Assembly (NCBI GenBank): GCA_002104945.1
Contig: MCFH01000117.1
Span: forward strand, 1-38,478
DNA: 38,478 bases
Origin: Piromyces finnis finn
Lineage: Eukaryota > Fungi > Neocallimastigomycota
Reading direction: 5' to 3'
Position numbers and translations under genes: made by a program. How positions within the stretch are numbered: the stretch's first letter is position 1; each line of letters starts with the position of its first letter. Of the stretch, positions 1 to 8,946 are shown in pieces. Below the pieces are notes generated by a model, which did not search any database, had not been told where the DNA came from, and was given only the letters and a program-made list of their open reading frames with translations.

Positions 1-1485
1 AAGAAGTGGCTTATGGTCTGATACAGGATAAAAATTATTTATAAATGATCCTGAGTGAATAAGATCTTTCATCTTCGAATTGATAAGAGCATGGTCATGT
101 CGGAAGATTGATCACTCGAGTCCAAGAGATAGTAGACCTCTAAGCGGAAGAATTTCCCAATCTCCTAATCCATTAGTTGATAACCAGTTGGATAATTTTA
201 CTTTAGACATATTAAAATCACCAACAAGAATCGATGGATGGGATGAATGAGTTTGTAACCACAAGCGAACTTCTAACTTTGCATGATCAACATAGATGTT
301 GTGATGACTATGAGGCATATAACATTTCCAATCGAGCATTTGAATCTATTCCAGAGACTAAAGTATAAATAAGAAATATATACTTTCCAGAGAAGTTTTC
401 AAGTGAGGGCTTGACATGAATTGTGAAAAACCTAATATAAACCTCTCATTCCCGGAACTGATTCGTCAGCTTTCTTGAAAAAGTGTCTATAGTTTCGCCA
501 AGTAACACGACAAGGATAATCTGTATTCGATCCAGAACCATTACCAGTTTCTTGGAAACATAAAATAATGGTTTGAAAATAGCTGTGAAATAGCTAATAC
601 TATCTCTCTTTTCGTGATTCACCATTGGTGTTCCAACTAAGACAAAAAGAAAGTTATCAGGCTTGTTGGATGAGGAAGAATCGTTGCTATTATTTTATTT
701 TAAAGTCATCGTTATTAATGGATGATGCATCAGAGGAATAAGTAGAACTATTACTAGATGGCTGTGAAACTGAAGAACTATCAACTATTGAACTGTTATC
801 AGAGTTGATAGACTATTAGAATTAATTGTTGAATGTTGAGATTGAAATTGTGTTTGCTGTAGATCTGGAATATTTTCATGATGGAAACTTGTTGAAGATC
901 CTGTTGAAGATCTTGTTGAAGATCGGATTGTTGATGAGATTGTTGAACTGATTGTTGAAATGATTGTTGAATAGAATGTTGATGTTTATTAGAAACTAAA
1001 TTTTACGTTTGAGAGTGGAAAAAGTGTATTGTGATTCCTTCTACTACGAGCTGAAAAGGAATTGAGGTAACTGAAAGTTTCTTCTTTAAATGTGTAAGAT
1101 TTTAATACAATCTTTCGATGAACCATGAACCTTGACTAAGAAAAGTGATCATTGAAAGTCTGAAAATATTTAACACTAAAACTGAATTAAATTTTCTTCT
1201 AGAATAACCTCGAGTTTTTCCCATAGCATATTTACCTGACCATGATCGAATACCACGGATAAAGAAGGAGCGAATATCATCTAAGGGGATACCATAAGAC
1301 CGGGTACCACGTCTGATATAATTCTTATCTTTAATATAAAGGACTGACATGATAATTAATTCTAATTAAAAATATTGAATATAAAATAAATACTAATAAA
1401 AATTATAAATATACGTATATGGAAAAAAAACTGTTCTCTCTTCTTTTAAAAAAAGTACAAATGGAATTCAAAAATTGTTAACGAT
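1..1485 (-). pseudogene. Frameshifted inverted copy of the LINE 5' end (5' UTR, N-terminus and most of the APE domain); real fragment or fold-back artefact
   Basis: Minus-strand ORF 1102-1350 starts with the same MSVLYIKDKNYIRRGTRSYG and leaves frame after GIRSWS at an extra A. ORF 112-339 reproduces YMPHSHHNI...GDFNMSKVK of the main ORF. Confidence 0.85.
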
Positions 1486-2991
1486 CTCGTAACAATTTTT
1501 GTACTATCCAGTTTTAAGAAGAGAGAGAGACAGTTTTTTTTTTCCATATACGTTATATTTATAATTTTTATTAGTATTTATTTTATATTCAATATTTTTT
1601 AATTAGAATTAATTATCATGTCAGTCCTTTATATTAAAGATAAGAATTATATCAGACGTGGTACCCGGTCTTATGGTATCCCCTTAGATGATATTCGCTC
1701 CTTCTTTATCCGTGGTATTCGATCATGGTCGGTAAATATGCTATGGGAAAAACTCGAGGTTATTCTAGAAGATAAATTTAATTCAGTTATTAGTGTTAAA
1801 TATTTTCAGACTTTCAATGATCACTTTTTCTTAGTCAAGGTTCATGGTTCATCGAAAGATTGTATTAAAATCTTACACATATTAAAGAAGAAACTTTCAG
1901 TTACCTCAATTTCCTTTTCAGCTCGTAGTAGAAGGAATCACAAATATACTTTTTCCACTCTCAAACGTAAAATTTTAGTTTCTAATAAACATCAACATTC
2001 TATTCAACAATCATTTCAACAATCAGTTCAACAATCTCATCAACAATCCGATCTTCAACAAGATCTTCAACAGGATCTTCAACAAGTTTTCCATCATGAA
2101 AATATTCCAGATCTACAGCAAACACAATTTCAATCTCAACATTCAACAATTAATTCTAATAGTTCTATCAACTCTGATAACAGTTCAATAGTTGATAGTT
2201 CTTCAGTTTCACAGCCATCTAGTAATAGTTCTACTTATTCCTCTGATGCATCGTCCATTAATAACGATGACTTTAATAATAATTATAATAGCAACGATTC
2301 TTCCTCATCCTCATCCAACAAGCCTAATAACTTTTCTTTTTGTCTTAGTTGGAACACCAATGGGTGGAATCACGAAAAGAGAGATAGTATTAGCTATTTC
2401 ACAGCTATTTTCAAACCATTATTTTTATGTTTCCAAGAAACTGGTAATGGTTCTGGTTCGAATACAGATTATCCTTGTCGTGTTACTTTGCGAAACTATA
2501 GACACTTTTTCAAGAAAGCTGACGAATCAGTTCCTGGAATGAGATGTTTATATTTAGGTTTTCACAATTCGTGTCAAGCCTCACTTGAAAACTTCTCTGG
2601 AAAGTATATTATTTCTATTTATACTTTTAGTCTCTGGAATAGATTCAAATGCTCGATTGGAAATGTTTATATGCCTCATAGTCATCACAACATCTGTGTT
2701 GATCATGCAAAGTTAGAAGTTCGCTTGTGGTTACAAACTCATTCATCCCATCCATCGATTCTTGTTGGTGATTTTAATATGTCTAAAGTAAAATTATCCA
2801 ACTGGTTATCAACTAATGGATTAGGAGATTGGGAAATTCTTCCGCTTAGAGGGTCTACTATCTCTTGGACTCGAGGTGATCAATCTTCCGACATTGACCA
2901 TGCTCTTATCAATTCGAAGATGAAAGATCTTATTCACTCAGGATCATTTATAAATAATTTTTATCCAGTATCAGACCATAAGCCACTTCTT
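1..2991. repeat. Spacerless inverted repeat (palindrome) of ~1.5 kb per arm, centred at 1485/1486
   Basis: Base 1 onward (aagaagtggcttatggtctgatac) is the reverse complement of the sequence ending at 2991. The centre reads aaaaattgtta-acga-tc-tcgt-aacaattttt. The left arm (1485 nt) is about 21 nt shorter than the right arm (1506 nt), with scattered 1-nt indels and a few substitutions. Confidence 0.95.
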
Positions 2992-5900
2992 ATTAATGGT
3001 AAAATTATTCCTATGGAAGATTTTTCTAATGACTTTAATGTTCCTAAGAAAATTCTGAAATGGAATAGATTAAAATGTATTGAGGAAAAGGAATCTATTC
3101 TCAGTCTTAATAAATTCCAAATACTTTCAGCAAAATTCAACGATCCTAATGTTTCTACAGATGAACTTTCCAAAGAGTTTACTTCAACTGCTTTTTCAAT
3201 TGCAGACGAGCTCAGTATTACCTCAGCAAATAACGTTATAAAGTCTTCATTTCATATTTCACAACAAATTTTTAATCTTCAAAAAATCAAAATGAAGTTG
3301 TATAAGAGATTTAAAAAAGAAAGAATTTATGATATAGATGAATTTATTAAAAGAATTAAAATCTACCGTAAGCTCATTGATTACATCCACAAAAGATGTA
3401 ATGAATTTAGGAAGCAAGAATATCTTCATTGGATTAAAACAGGATGTGAGTATATGAAGAGTCATAATCCTAAGAAGGCCTGGAAATGGATCAAGAAAAC
3501 TGCAAAAATTGGAAAAGATTCTTTCTTTATTGCTCAACCAATTAAAAATAAAAATGGAGAATTAGTTGTTGCTACGGAAGAACAACTAGATGTGTGGCAT
3601 GATCATTTCGAAAAGCTTGCATCAGATCCAAGTGGTGTAAGTCTTGATTTGGAGCATTGGTATGAAGAACCAACGAATAAACGTTTTTCACTTCCTATGC
3701 TTGATGAGTGGGATATCAACCAAGATATTAGTATTGATGAAGTCAAGTCAGCTATCCTCACTACTCCAAATTATAAAGCATCAGGTCCGGATGGTATTCC
3801 AATTGAATTTTACAAAGCATTAATTCCATCAAGTAATGATTCTAATAATGCTACAGATAATAATTCTTCCGGTAATAACACTTCAGATAATGATGCTCAT
3901 GGTTTAAATTTTATTCTTAAATTATTCAACCGTATTTGGGATGGAGACTTTCCCAACTTATGGAATGAATCCAGTATTGTTTCCATTCCTAAGAAGGGAG
4001 ATTTGACAGATTGTGATAACTATCGAGGTATATCACTTATCAATAATGGTATTAAGTTGATTTCCAAAATTGTCACCACTAGAATCTCAGAATATGGTCT
4101 AAAGAATAATTTCATTAGACCTGAACAATTTGGTTTTCGAAAAAAGGAAGAAAGTATCAGTCTTTTCATTTCAATCCAAGAAATATGCCGTAGACGTCAA
4201 TTAGATAATAAAGAGACATATTTGGCCTTTTTAGATCTCAGGAAAGCATACGATTCAGTCCCAATCGGTAATATTCTCCATAAATTAGATTGTTTAGGAA
4301 TCCGAGGTAAGAGTTTACAATTCACCAAAAATTTATATTTAACATCTAAGGCTAATGTCAAATTAGATGGACAATTCTCGAAATCTTTTGATGTGAAGAA
4401 AGGAGTCCGTCAAGGTTGCCCACTTTCTCCTATTCTCTTTAATCTCTTTATTAATGATATATTTAAAGAGTGCGAAGATCTTGGAGTCAGTTTAGGTGAC
4501 ACTCGATGCTGTGGTGGACTTTATGCAGATGATATAGTTATTTGTGCTCCAACAAGAGGATGCTTAAAAAAGATGCTAAGAAGAGTTAATGAATGGGCCT
4601 TGTATAATGAAATGGAATTTGGTATCCAGAAGTGTTCAACGATGGTGATTCGTCCTGAATCAATAGAAAATCAGAACAAGAGAGATCCAACATTTTACTT
4701 AGCAGGACAACCCATTCCAACTACTGATTGTTATACTTATCTTGGTGTTCCATTTGATAAGAATTTGTCCCTTAAACCAGTAATTAAAGTTCTTAATAAC
4801 AAGGTTTTGAAAGGACTTTTTTCAGTCAGTAAATTCTTAAGAAATCCTAATATTCCTATTCCCTTCAAAAAGCTAGTACTTAACTCACAAGTAATCAGCA
4901 GAGTTTCATACTTTGCACCATTACTTGGATCCAACAAAGCTAGGTCTAGGATTGCTCAGAAGCATGTTAACAAAGGAATACGATGGGTTGCCGGAGTTCA
5001 TAAAGCTGTATCGTTTATATCTTTATACTCTATCTCAAAAGATTTGAATATCCCTCCATTGTCAGCCAAATGTGCGTTAGCTCAGGTTAGATGTTTTAAC
5101 ATATGGAAAAACTCGAATTGTATTATCTCACACTTTGTCAATTACATTCCTAAATTTAGAAAATACACGTGGTGCAAATCAAGTAGGACACTTGATAAAA
5201 AACTAAAGAAGCATGGAGATGTTAAAGCAGTTAAAAACTTTTATTGGAAAGATCTCAAAGGAAATTCAATCAAAGCGCAATATTATGATGATAATAAATT
5301 TATTGAAACTAAAAATTTTATTAAATTATGTTATGAATACCCAGAGTTTGCCTATGGCTTCTACTGGCTATTGAAAGCAAGAAGCGGATACAAGTTGGAT
5401 GCTAGAGTTGCCAAAGCTGCTAAATTTGTTGATCCAGTTTGTCCTAACTACTGTCCATGTTGCAAGTGTGGTGTTCAAAGTATTAAACATTGGTTATTAG
5501 ATTGTCCAACATTTAGAGATATCCGTATTAAATATTATGATTCCATAGTCCAGCTACTAAATTTTTTCAGTCAACGTAATTCCAATAGTCCTATCAATAA
5601 TAATGAAAATGTTAATATCAGTAGAGATAGCAATAACATTAATAGTAATAGTAACAATAGTAGTAATAATAATTACAATAGTAATAGTAACAATAGTAAT
5701 AGTAACAATAGTAATAATAGAAATAGTAATAATAACAATAGTAGTTATAGAAATAATAATACTAGTAATGATAGCAATAGTGAAGATAATAATTCTAATT
5801 TAGATAGTAATTTAGTTAATGATAGTAATAGTTCTAATAATCCGGTGAATATTAATGTGTATGATTATTCTAGTGTGTGCAGTAAAATATTTAAATTCCT

Positions 5901-6174
5901 TCTTGGGGGAAGAAGTTTTAACAATATTAATTACAATTCAAGGGAATGGAAAGAACTTTGTAAGCGTCAGATTCAATCTGGTACTAATGAAGGAACACCA
6001 TCCTTGACGGTAACCGCGGAACTTCTAACCAAAATCATGCCTTTTGCTATTGGCCAGCAATGGTCAATGTTCAAAAGGTTTGAAGCAACATCCAAGAGCG
6101 TCAATGCTGAAGAAACAGTAAGACAGGCCAGGAGGGCCAGCGCAACCAATGGAGATCATAATTTTGTTCCATGA
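1618..6174 (+). CDS. LINE polyprotein: N-terminal putative RRM-like domain, Q/S/N linker, AP endonuclease, reverse transcriptase, C-terminal CCHC zinc finger
   Basis: APE motifs SWNTNG, CFQET, GDFN, SDIDH, SDHKP. RT motifs GPDGIP, NYRGISL, EQFGFR, DLRKAYDSV, GVRQGCPLSPILF, YADD, YTYLG. CPCCKCGVQSIKHWLLDC fits C-x2-C-x8-H-x4-C. No RNase H recognised. Uninterrupted frame. Confidence 0.97.
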   Translation: MSVLYIKDKNYIRRGTRSYGIPLDDIRSFFIRGIRSWSVNMLWEKLEVILEDKFNSVISVKYFQTFNDHFFLVKVHGSSKDCIKILHILKKKLSVTSISFSARSRRNHKYTFSTLKRKILVSNKHQHSIQQSFQQSVQQSHQQSDLQQDLQQDLQQVFHHENIPDLQQTQFQSQHSTINSNSSINSDNSSIVDSSSVSQPSSNSSTYSSDASSINNDDFNNNYNSNDSSSSSSNKPNNFSFCLSWNTNGWNHEKRDSISYFTAIFKPLFLCFQETGNGSGSNTDYPCRVTLRNYRHFFKKADESVPGMRCLYLGFHNSCQASLENFSGKYIISIYTFSLWNRFKCSIGNVYMPHSHHNICVDHAKLEVRLWLQTHSSHPSILVGDFNMSKVKLSNWLSTNGLGDWEILPLRGSTISWTRGDQSSDIDHALINSKMKDLIHSGSFINNFYPVSDHKPLLINGKIIPMEDFSNDFNVPKKILKWNRLKCIEEKESILSLNKFQILSAKFNDPNVSTDELSKEFTSTAFSIADELSITSANNVIKSSFHISQQIFNLQKIKMKLYKRFKKERIYDIDEFIKRIKIYRKLIDYIHKRCNEFRKQEYLHWIKTGCEYMKSHNPKKAWKWIKKTAKIGKDSFFIAQPIKNKNGELVVATEEQLDVWHDHFEKLASDPSGVSLDLEHWYEEPTNKRFSLPMLDEWDINQDISIDEVKSAILTTPNYKASGPDGIPIEFYKALIPSSNDSNNATDNNSSGNNTSDNDAHGLNFILKLFNRIWDGDFPNLWNESSIVSIPKKGDLTDCDNYRGISLINNGIKLISKIVTTRISEYGLKNNFIRPEQFGFRKKEESISLFISIQEICRRRQLDNKETYLAFLDLRKAYDSVPIGNILHKLDCLGIRGKSLQFTKNLYLTSKANVKLDGQFSKSFDVKKGVRQGCPLSPILFNLFINDIFKECEDLGVSLGDTRCCGGLYADDIVICAPTRGCLKKMLRRVNEWALYNEMEFGIQKCSTMVIRPESIENQNKRDPTFYLAGQPIPTTDCYTYLGVPFDKNLSLKPVIKVLNNKVLKGLFSVSKFLRNPNIPIPFKKLVLNSQVISRVSYFAPLLGSNKARSRIAQKHVNKGIRWVAGVHKAVSFISLYSISKDLNIPPLSAKCALAQVRCFNIWKNSNCIISHFVNYIPKFRKYTWCKSSRTLDKKLKKHGDVKAVKNFYWKDLKGNSIKAQYYDDNKFIETKNFIKLCYEYPEFAYGFYWLLKARSGYKLDARVAKAAKFVDPVCPNYCPCCKCGVQSIKHWLLDCPTFRDIRIKYYDSIVQLLNFFSQRNSNSPINNNENVNISRDSNNINSNSNNSSNNNYNSNSNNSNSNNSNNRNSNNNNSSYRNNNTSNDSNSEDNNSNLDSNLVNDSNSSNNPVNINVYDYSSVCSKIFKFLLGGRSFNNINYNSREWKELCKRQIQSGTNEGTPSLTVTAELLTKIMPFAIGQQWSMFKRFEATSKSVNAEETVRQARRASATNGDHNFVP
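6087..6117 (+). repeat. 31-nt sequence identical to 13052-13082 (copy 1, inside the 3' end of the LINE ORF)
   Basis: aacatccaagagcgtcaatgctgaagaaaca occurs at both positions with no mismatch. Confidence 0.97.
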
Positions 6175-6208
6175 CAAAATTTTGATCTTTGGCTCGGTGT
6201 CCCATTGG
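6122..6208 (+). other. GC-rich structured RNA element spanning the LINE stop codon (nested stem-loop, possible pseudoknot)
   Basis: agatca(6153-58)/tgatct(6183-88) and aattttgt(6160-67)/acaaaatt(6174-81) form a 14-bp stem with one T-T mismatch, with TGA 6172-74 at its tip. ccaatgg(6146-52) pairs with ccattgg(6202-08). The bulge tggc..tgtc(6190-6201) is complementary to gaca-g-gcca(6122-30). Confidence 0.6.
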
Positions 6209-6436
6209 AAGTCAAATACAATTATTATATTTTAGTATGATAGTGGCTTTCTTACTTTAATTAAAATTACTAGAATACATTATACCCAATTTTTATTCAT
6301 TTGTGTTTATTTAAACATATTTTTTTTATTTTTATTTTATTTTAATTTTTTATATTACATGTATTATAATTTTAATTAAATTAATAATAAAGTTTAAAAT
6401 ATTTGATGCCGTTAAAAAAAAAAAAAAAAAAAAAAA

Positions 6437-7207
6437 TTCAATGATGATGAAGGTAAAACACAAGATTACAGTAATGTAATGAATACAGACGAATTGGAAA
6501 CCCAATGTATACCCTTCATTATTGAAGAAAATAAACTACAAATTCTAACTTTTACCAATGAAAATGAATTAAAGAAAGAAAATATAGAGTTGACCGAGAA
6601 AGAAAATCAAAAGTTTATAAATAAAGAAAAGTATTTAAGTGAAAAATATTTAAATGAATATAATGAATTAAGTTTATCTGAAAATGAATTAAAAGATTAT
6701 ATTGAAAACTCGATATTTTGTAATGATAAATTAAATAAAGCAGATATAATTGAAACAAACATGAAAATAAAAAGAAGCAATACTGATGCCAAAAATCCAA
6801 CACCATTTACTAAATACAATGCTACCCAGTATTATTACAATCATTTAGGATATCGATATGTAATAAGAGAAACTTCTCTCTACTATAATAATATAATAAA
6901 AATTATAGTCGAAAATGTTGGTTATGCTCCAGCATACAAGTTATTTGAAATTAATTTGATTTTAAAATCTTTATCATCAAATCAATCTATCGAGATAAAA
7001 ATAAATACAGATAATAGAAAGTGGTATTTAAAGAGTCAAACTGAAAATCTCTTAGAAAATTATTATCCAAAATTAAGAGATATTAATTACGATGTTTATT
7101 TCAATATGTATGATCCTAATACAAGCCTTTATATAAAATTTGCTAATTCAAATAAATATTATAAAAATCTCGGCTATAAAACAGGATCTTTTACAATTGA
7201 AAATTAA
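6437..7207 (+). pseudogene. 5'-truncated intronless gene fragment with a DUF4832-like C-terminal domain
   Basis: The frame of ORF 6479-7207 stays open upstream to the poly(A) (FNDDEGKTQDYSNVM...). The motifs NHLGYRYVIR and IVENVGYAPAY resemble the LGYRF...N.G.AP.Y signature of DUF4832 proteins (recognised by eye). Confidence 0.55.
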
Positions 7208-7748
7208 TAAAGAAAATGAAAAAAAATTTTAACTATTAAATATTACATTTTATATATTATTTAAAGAATATAAAAATATGGATATACGAATCAATAAGTA
7301 ATTATAATGAAACCAAAGCAGTAATTTTAATATCTAACTTTATATTTTCTAGTTAATAAAAATAACATAAACCAACCCTAAAGCTAAAACAATAAAAATA
7401 AAACAAGTTAAAGAATAATAAAATATATATATACGTTGATAATATATAGAAATTAGAAATAAATAAAAGAAATTAAATAAAAAGGAACTAAAATTAAAAT
7501 ATAATATATTGCTAGAGATAATTAGTAATAATATAATTAAATGAAAATAAAATAAAAACTAAAGCATCAATAAAAATAATATATAAAATTTAAATATTTT
7601 AACGTTTAAAACAATTTTAAATAAAAAGTTATAAAATATAAGTTTAAAAATTTTTTTTAAATAATCACTTTCTTTTTTTCATAAATTTTTATTTTATTTT
7701 GTTAATAGCTTATATAAAAATTTTATATATCTAATCATTTTATTTTTT

Positions 7749-7970
7749 ATTTCTAATTATTTATATATTTTATATTTTATTTATTTATTTATTTCTAATT
7801 ATTTATATATTTTATATTTTATTTATTTATTTATTTTTTCTTTATTTTATATTTTATATTTTATTTATTTATTTATTTTTTCTTTATTTTATATTTTATA
7901 TTTTATTTATTTATTTATTTATTTTTTCTTTATTTTATATTTTATATTTTATTTATTTATTTATTTATTC
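7749..7970. repeat. AT-rich minisatellite, five units of about 42 nt
   Basis: Units start at 7749, 7791 (atttctaattatttatatattttatattttatttatttattt) and 7833, 7875, 7921 (variant attttttctttattttatattttatattttatttatttattt). Confidence 0.8.
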
Positions 7971-8079
7971 ATTTATTTTTTTTATTTTATATATTTATTT
8001 AGTTACTGTCTTACTTTATTACTTTATTTAATATATCTTTTCCTAATATGTCATATGTTAATATTTTTAAATTTTAAAA

Positions 8080-8946
8080 TTAGCATATCATACCAAAGTC
8101 ATCATTTATTGTTACATTTAATGACCAAGTTTCGGAACAAGTACTAAGAGCAACATCTGAGAATTTATTATAATTATACATATTATTTCTTAAAGTATAT
8201 TGACCATCTTTAATTTGAATGTCATCACCATTGTTACGGAATGTGGAAACTTCAATAGCAAATAATGGTGAATAAGAATGTCCTTTGATTCCTTCTCCAG
8301 AAAGAGTACATTCCATTTCAATTGGTTTATTGCTTTCTAATTTTACGTAAGATACAAAACCATTGGTATCTAATTCTTTTACCGTTTCTTGTGATTTTGG
8401 TATGCATTCTATATTACCATAGAGCTCTACATTTGTATTTGTTTTTTCAAAAGATTTGATAAAATCATCATCCTTTTCATTAGATCTATATCTGTAATCA
8501 TGTATTCCTTGAGTAAAGTTATAAAATGAACAGGTGTAGACAATATCCTTATTATACTTTTCTTTCTGTAAATTGATTAAATCAATAATATTTAGCGAGT
8601 TTGTTATTTTTAATAATTCAGAACCATAGATTTCGGCTTCAGTTTTATTTATTCCTAAAGAGCATAATGTATTATACTTATTACATAATATACCAGAGTC
8701 TTTGATACAATTTTGAATTGGAGTTAATGTAGCAATAGTAGTGGTAGTAGTAGTAGTAGCAGTTGTTGTTGCTGTTTTTGTAGCAGTAGTAGCAATAGAA
8801 ACAGTAGATGTAGAATATGGAATATTAGTTTTTATAACCTTGTTGTTTGGATATTTAACATAACATTTTCGAGCATCAACACTAATAACAAGTACTTGTA
8901 AAAATAAAACAGTAAATAATAAATAAAAAATGTTTAGTTTTAACAT
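8080..8946 (-). CDS. Intronless secreted protein of unknown function (signal peptide, Thr-rich linker, Cys-containing C-terminal domain), 288 aa
   Basis: Hydrophobic N-terminus MLKLNIFYLLFTVLFLQVLVISVDA, poly-Thr linker (TATTTATTTTTTT), then about 200 aa with several Cys. ATG to stop is clean. Confidence 0.8.
   Translation of the reverse strand: MLKLNIFYLLFTVLFLQVLVISVDARKCYVKYPNNKVIKTNIPYSTSTVSIATTATKTATTTATTTTTTTIATLTPIQNCIKDSGILCNKYNTLCSLGINKTEAEIYGSELLKITNSLNIIDLINLQKEKYNKDIVYTCSFYNFTQGIHDYRYRSNEKDDDFIKSFEKTNTNVELYGNIECIPKSQETVKELDTNGFVSYVKLESNKPIEMECTLSGEGIKGHSYSPLFAIEVSTFRNNGDDIQIKDGQYTLRNNMYNYNKFSDVALSTCSETWSLNVTINDDFGMIC

Larger units (their letters stand above)
1487..6436 (+). mobile_element. 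Non-LTR (LINE) retrotransposon of the APE-endonuclease type, apparently full length, ending in poly(A)
   Basis: About 130-nt leader, one 1518-aa ORF with APE, RT and CCHC domains, AT-rich 3' UTR, and an A23 run at 6414-6436 followed directly by unrelated coding sequence. No TSD can be checked because the 5' flank is replaced by the inverted copy. Both ends are approximate. Confidence 0.85.

Noticed and set aside
1430-1535. ctctc...gagagaga around the palindrome centre as a leftover PacBio SMRTbell adapter
   Set aside because: The adapter loop (caacaacaac/ggaggagg tracts) is absent. The CT/GA tracts are simply the two mirrored arms.
6107-6113. CTGAAGA as a hammerhead ribozyme core (CUGANGA), present in both 31-mer copies
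   Set aside because: There is no stem II followed by GAAA, and only 4 nt separate the upstream GUC from the core.
6118-6213. HDV-like or twister ribozyme in the LINE 3' element
   Set aside because: The long hairpin sits where P3 would be, with no P4 or C-N-R-A J4/2 for HDV-like. GAGGG is present but the twister UAA and L4 (UCCCAAGCC-like) motifs are not in the right context.
7749-7970. Regularly spaced ~42-nt units as a CRISPR-like array
   Set aside because: The units are contiguous tandem copies with no unique spacers, in a eukaryotic AT-rich intergenic region.
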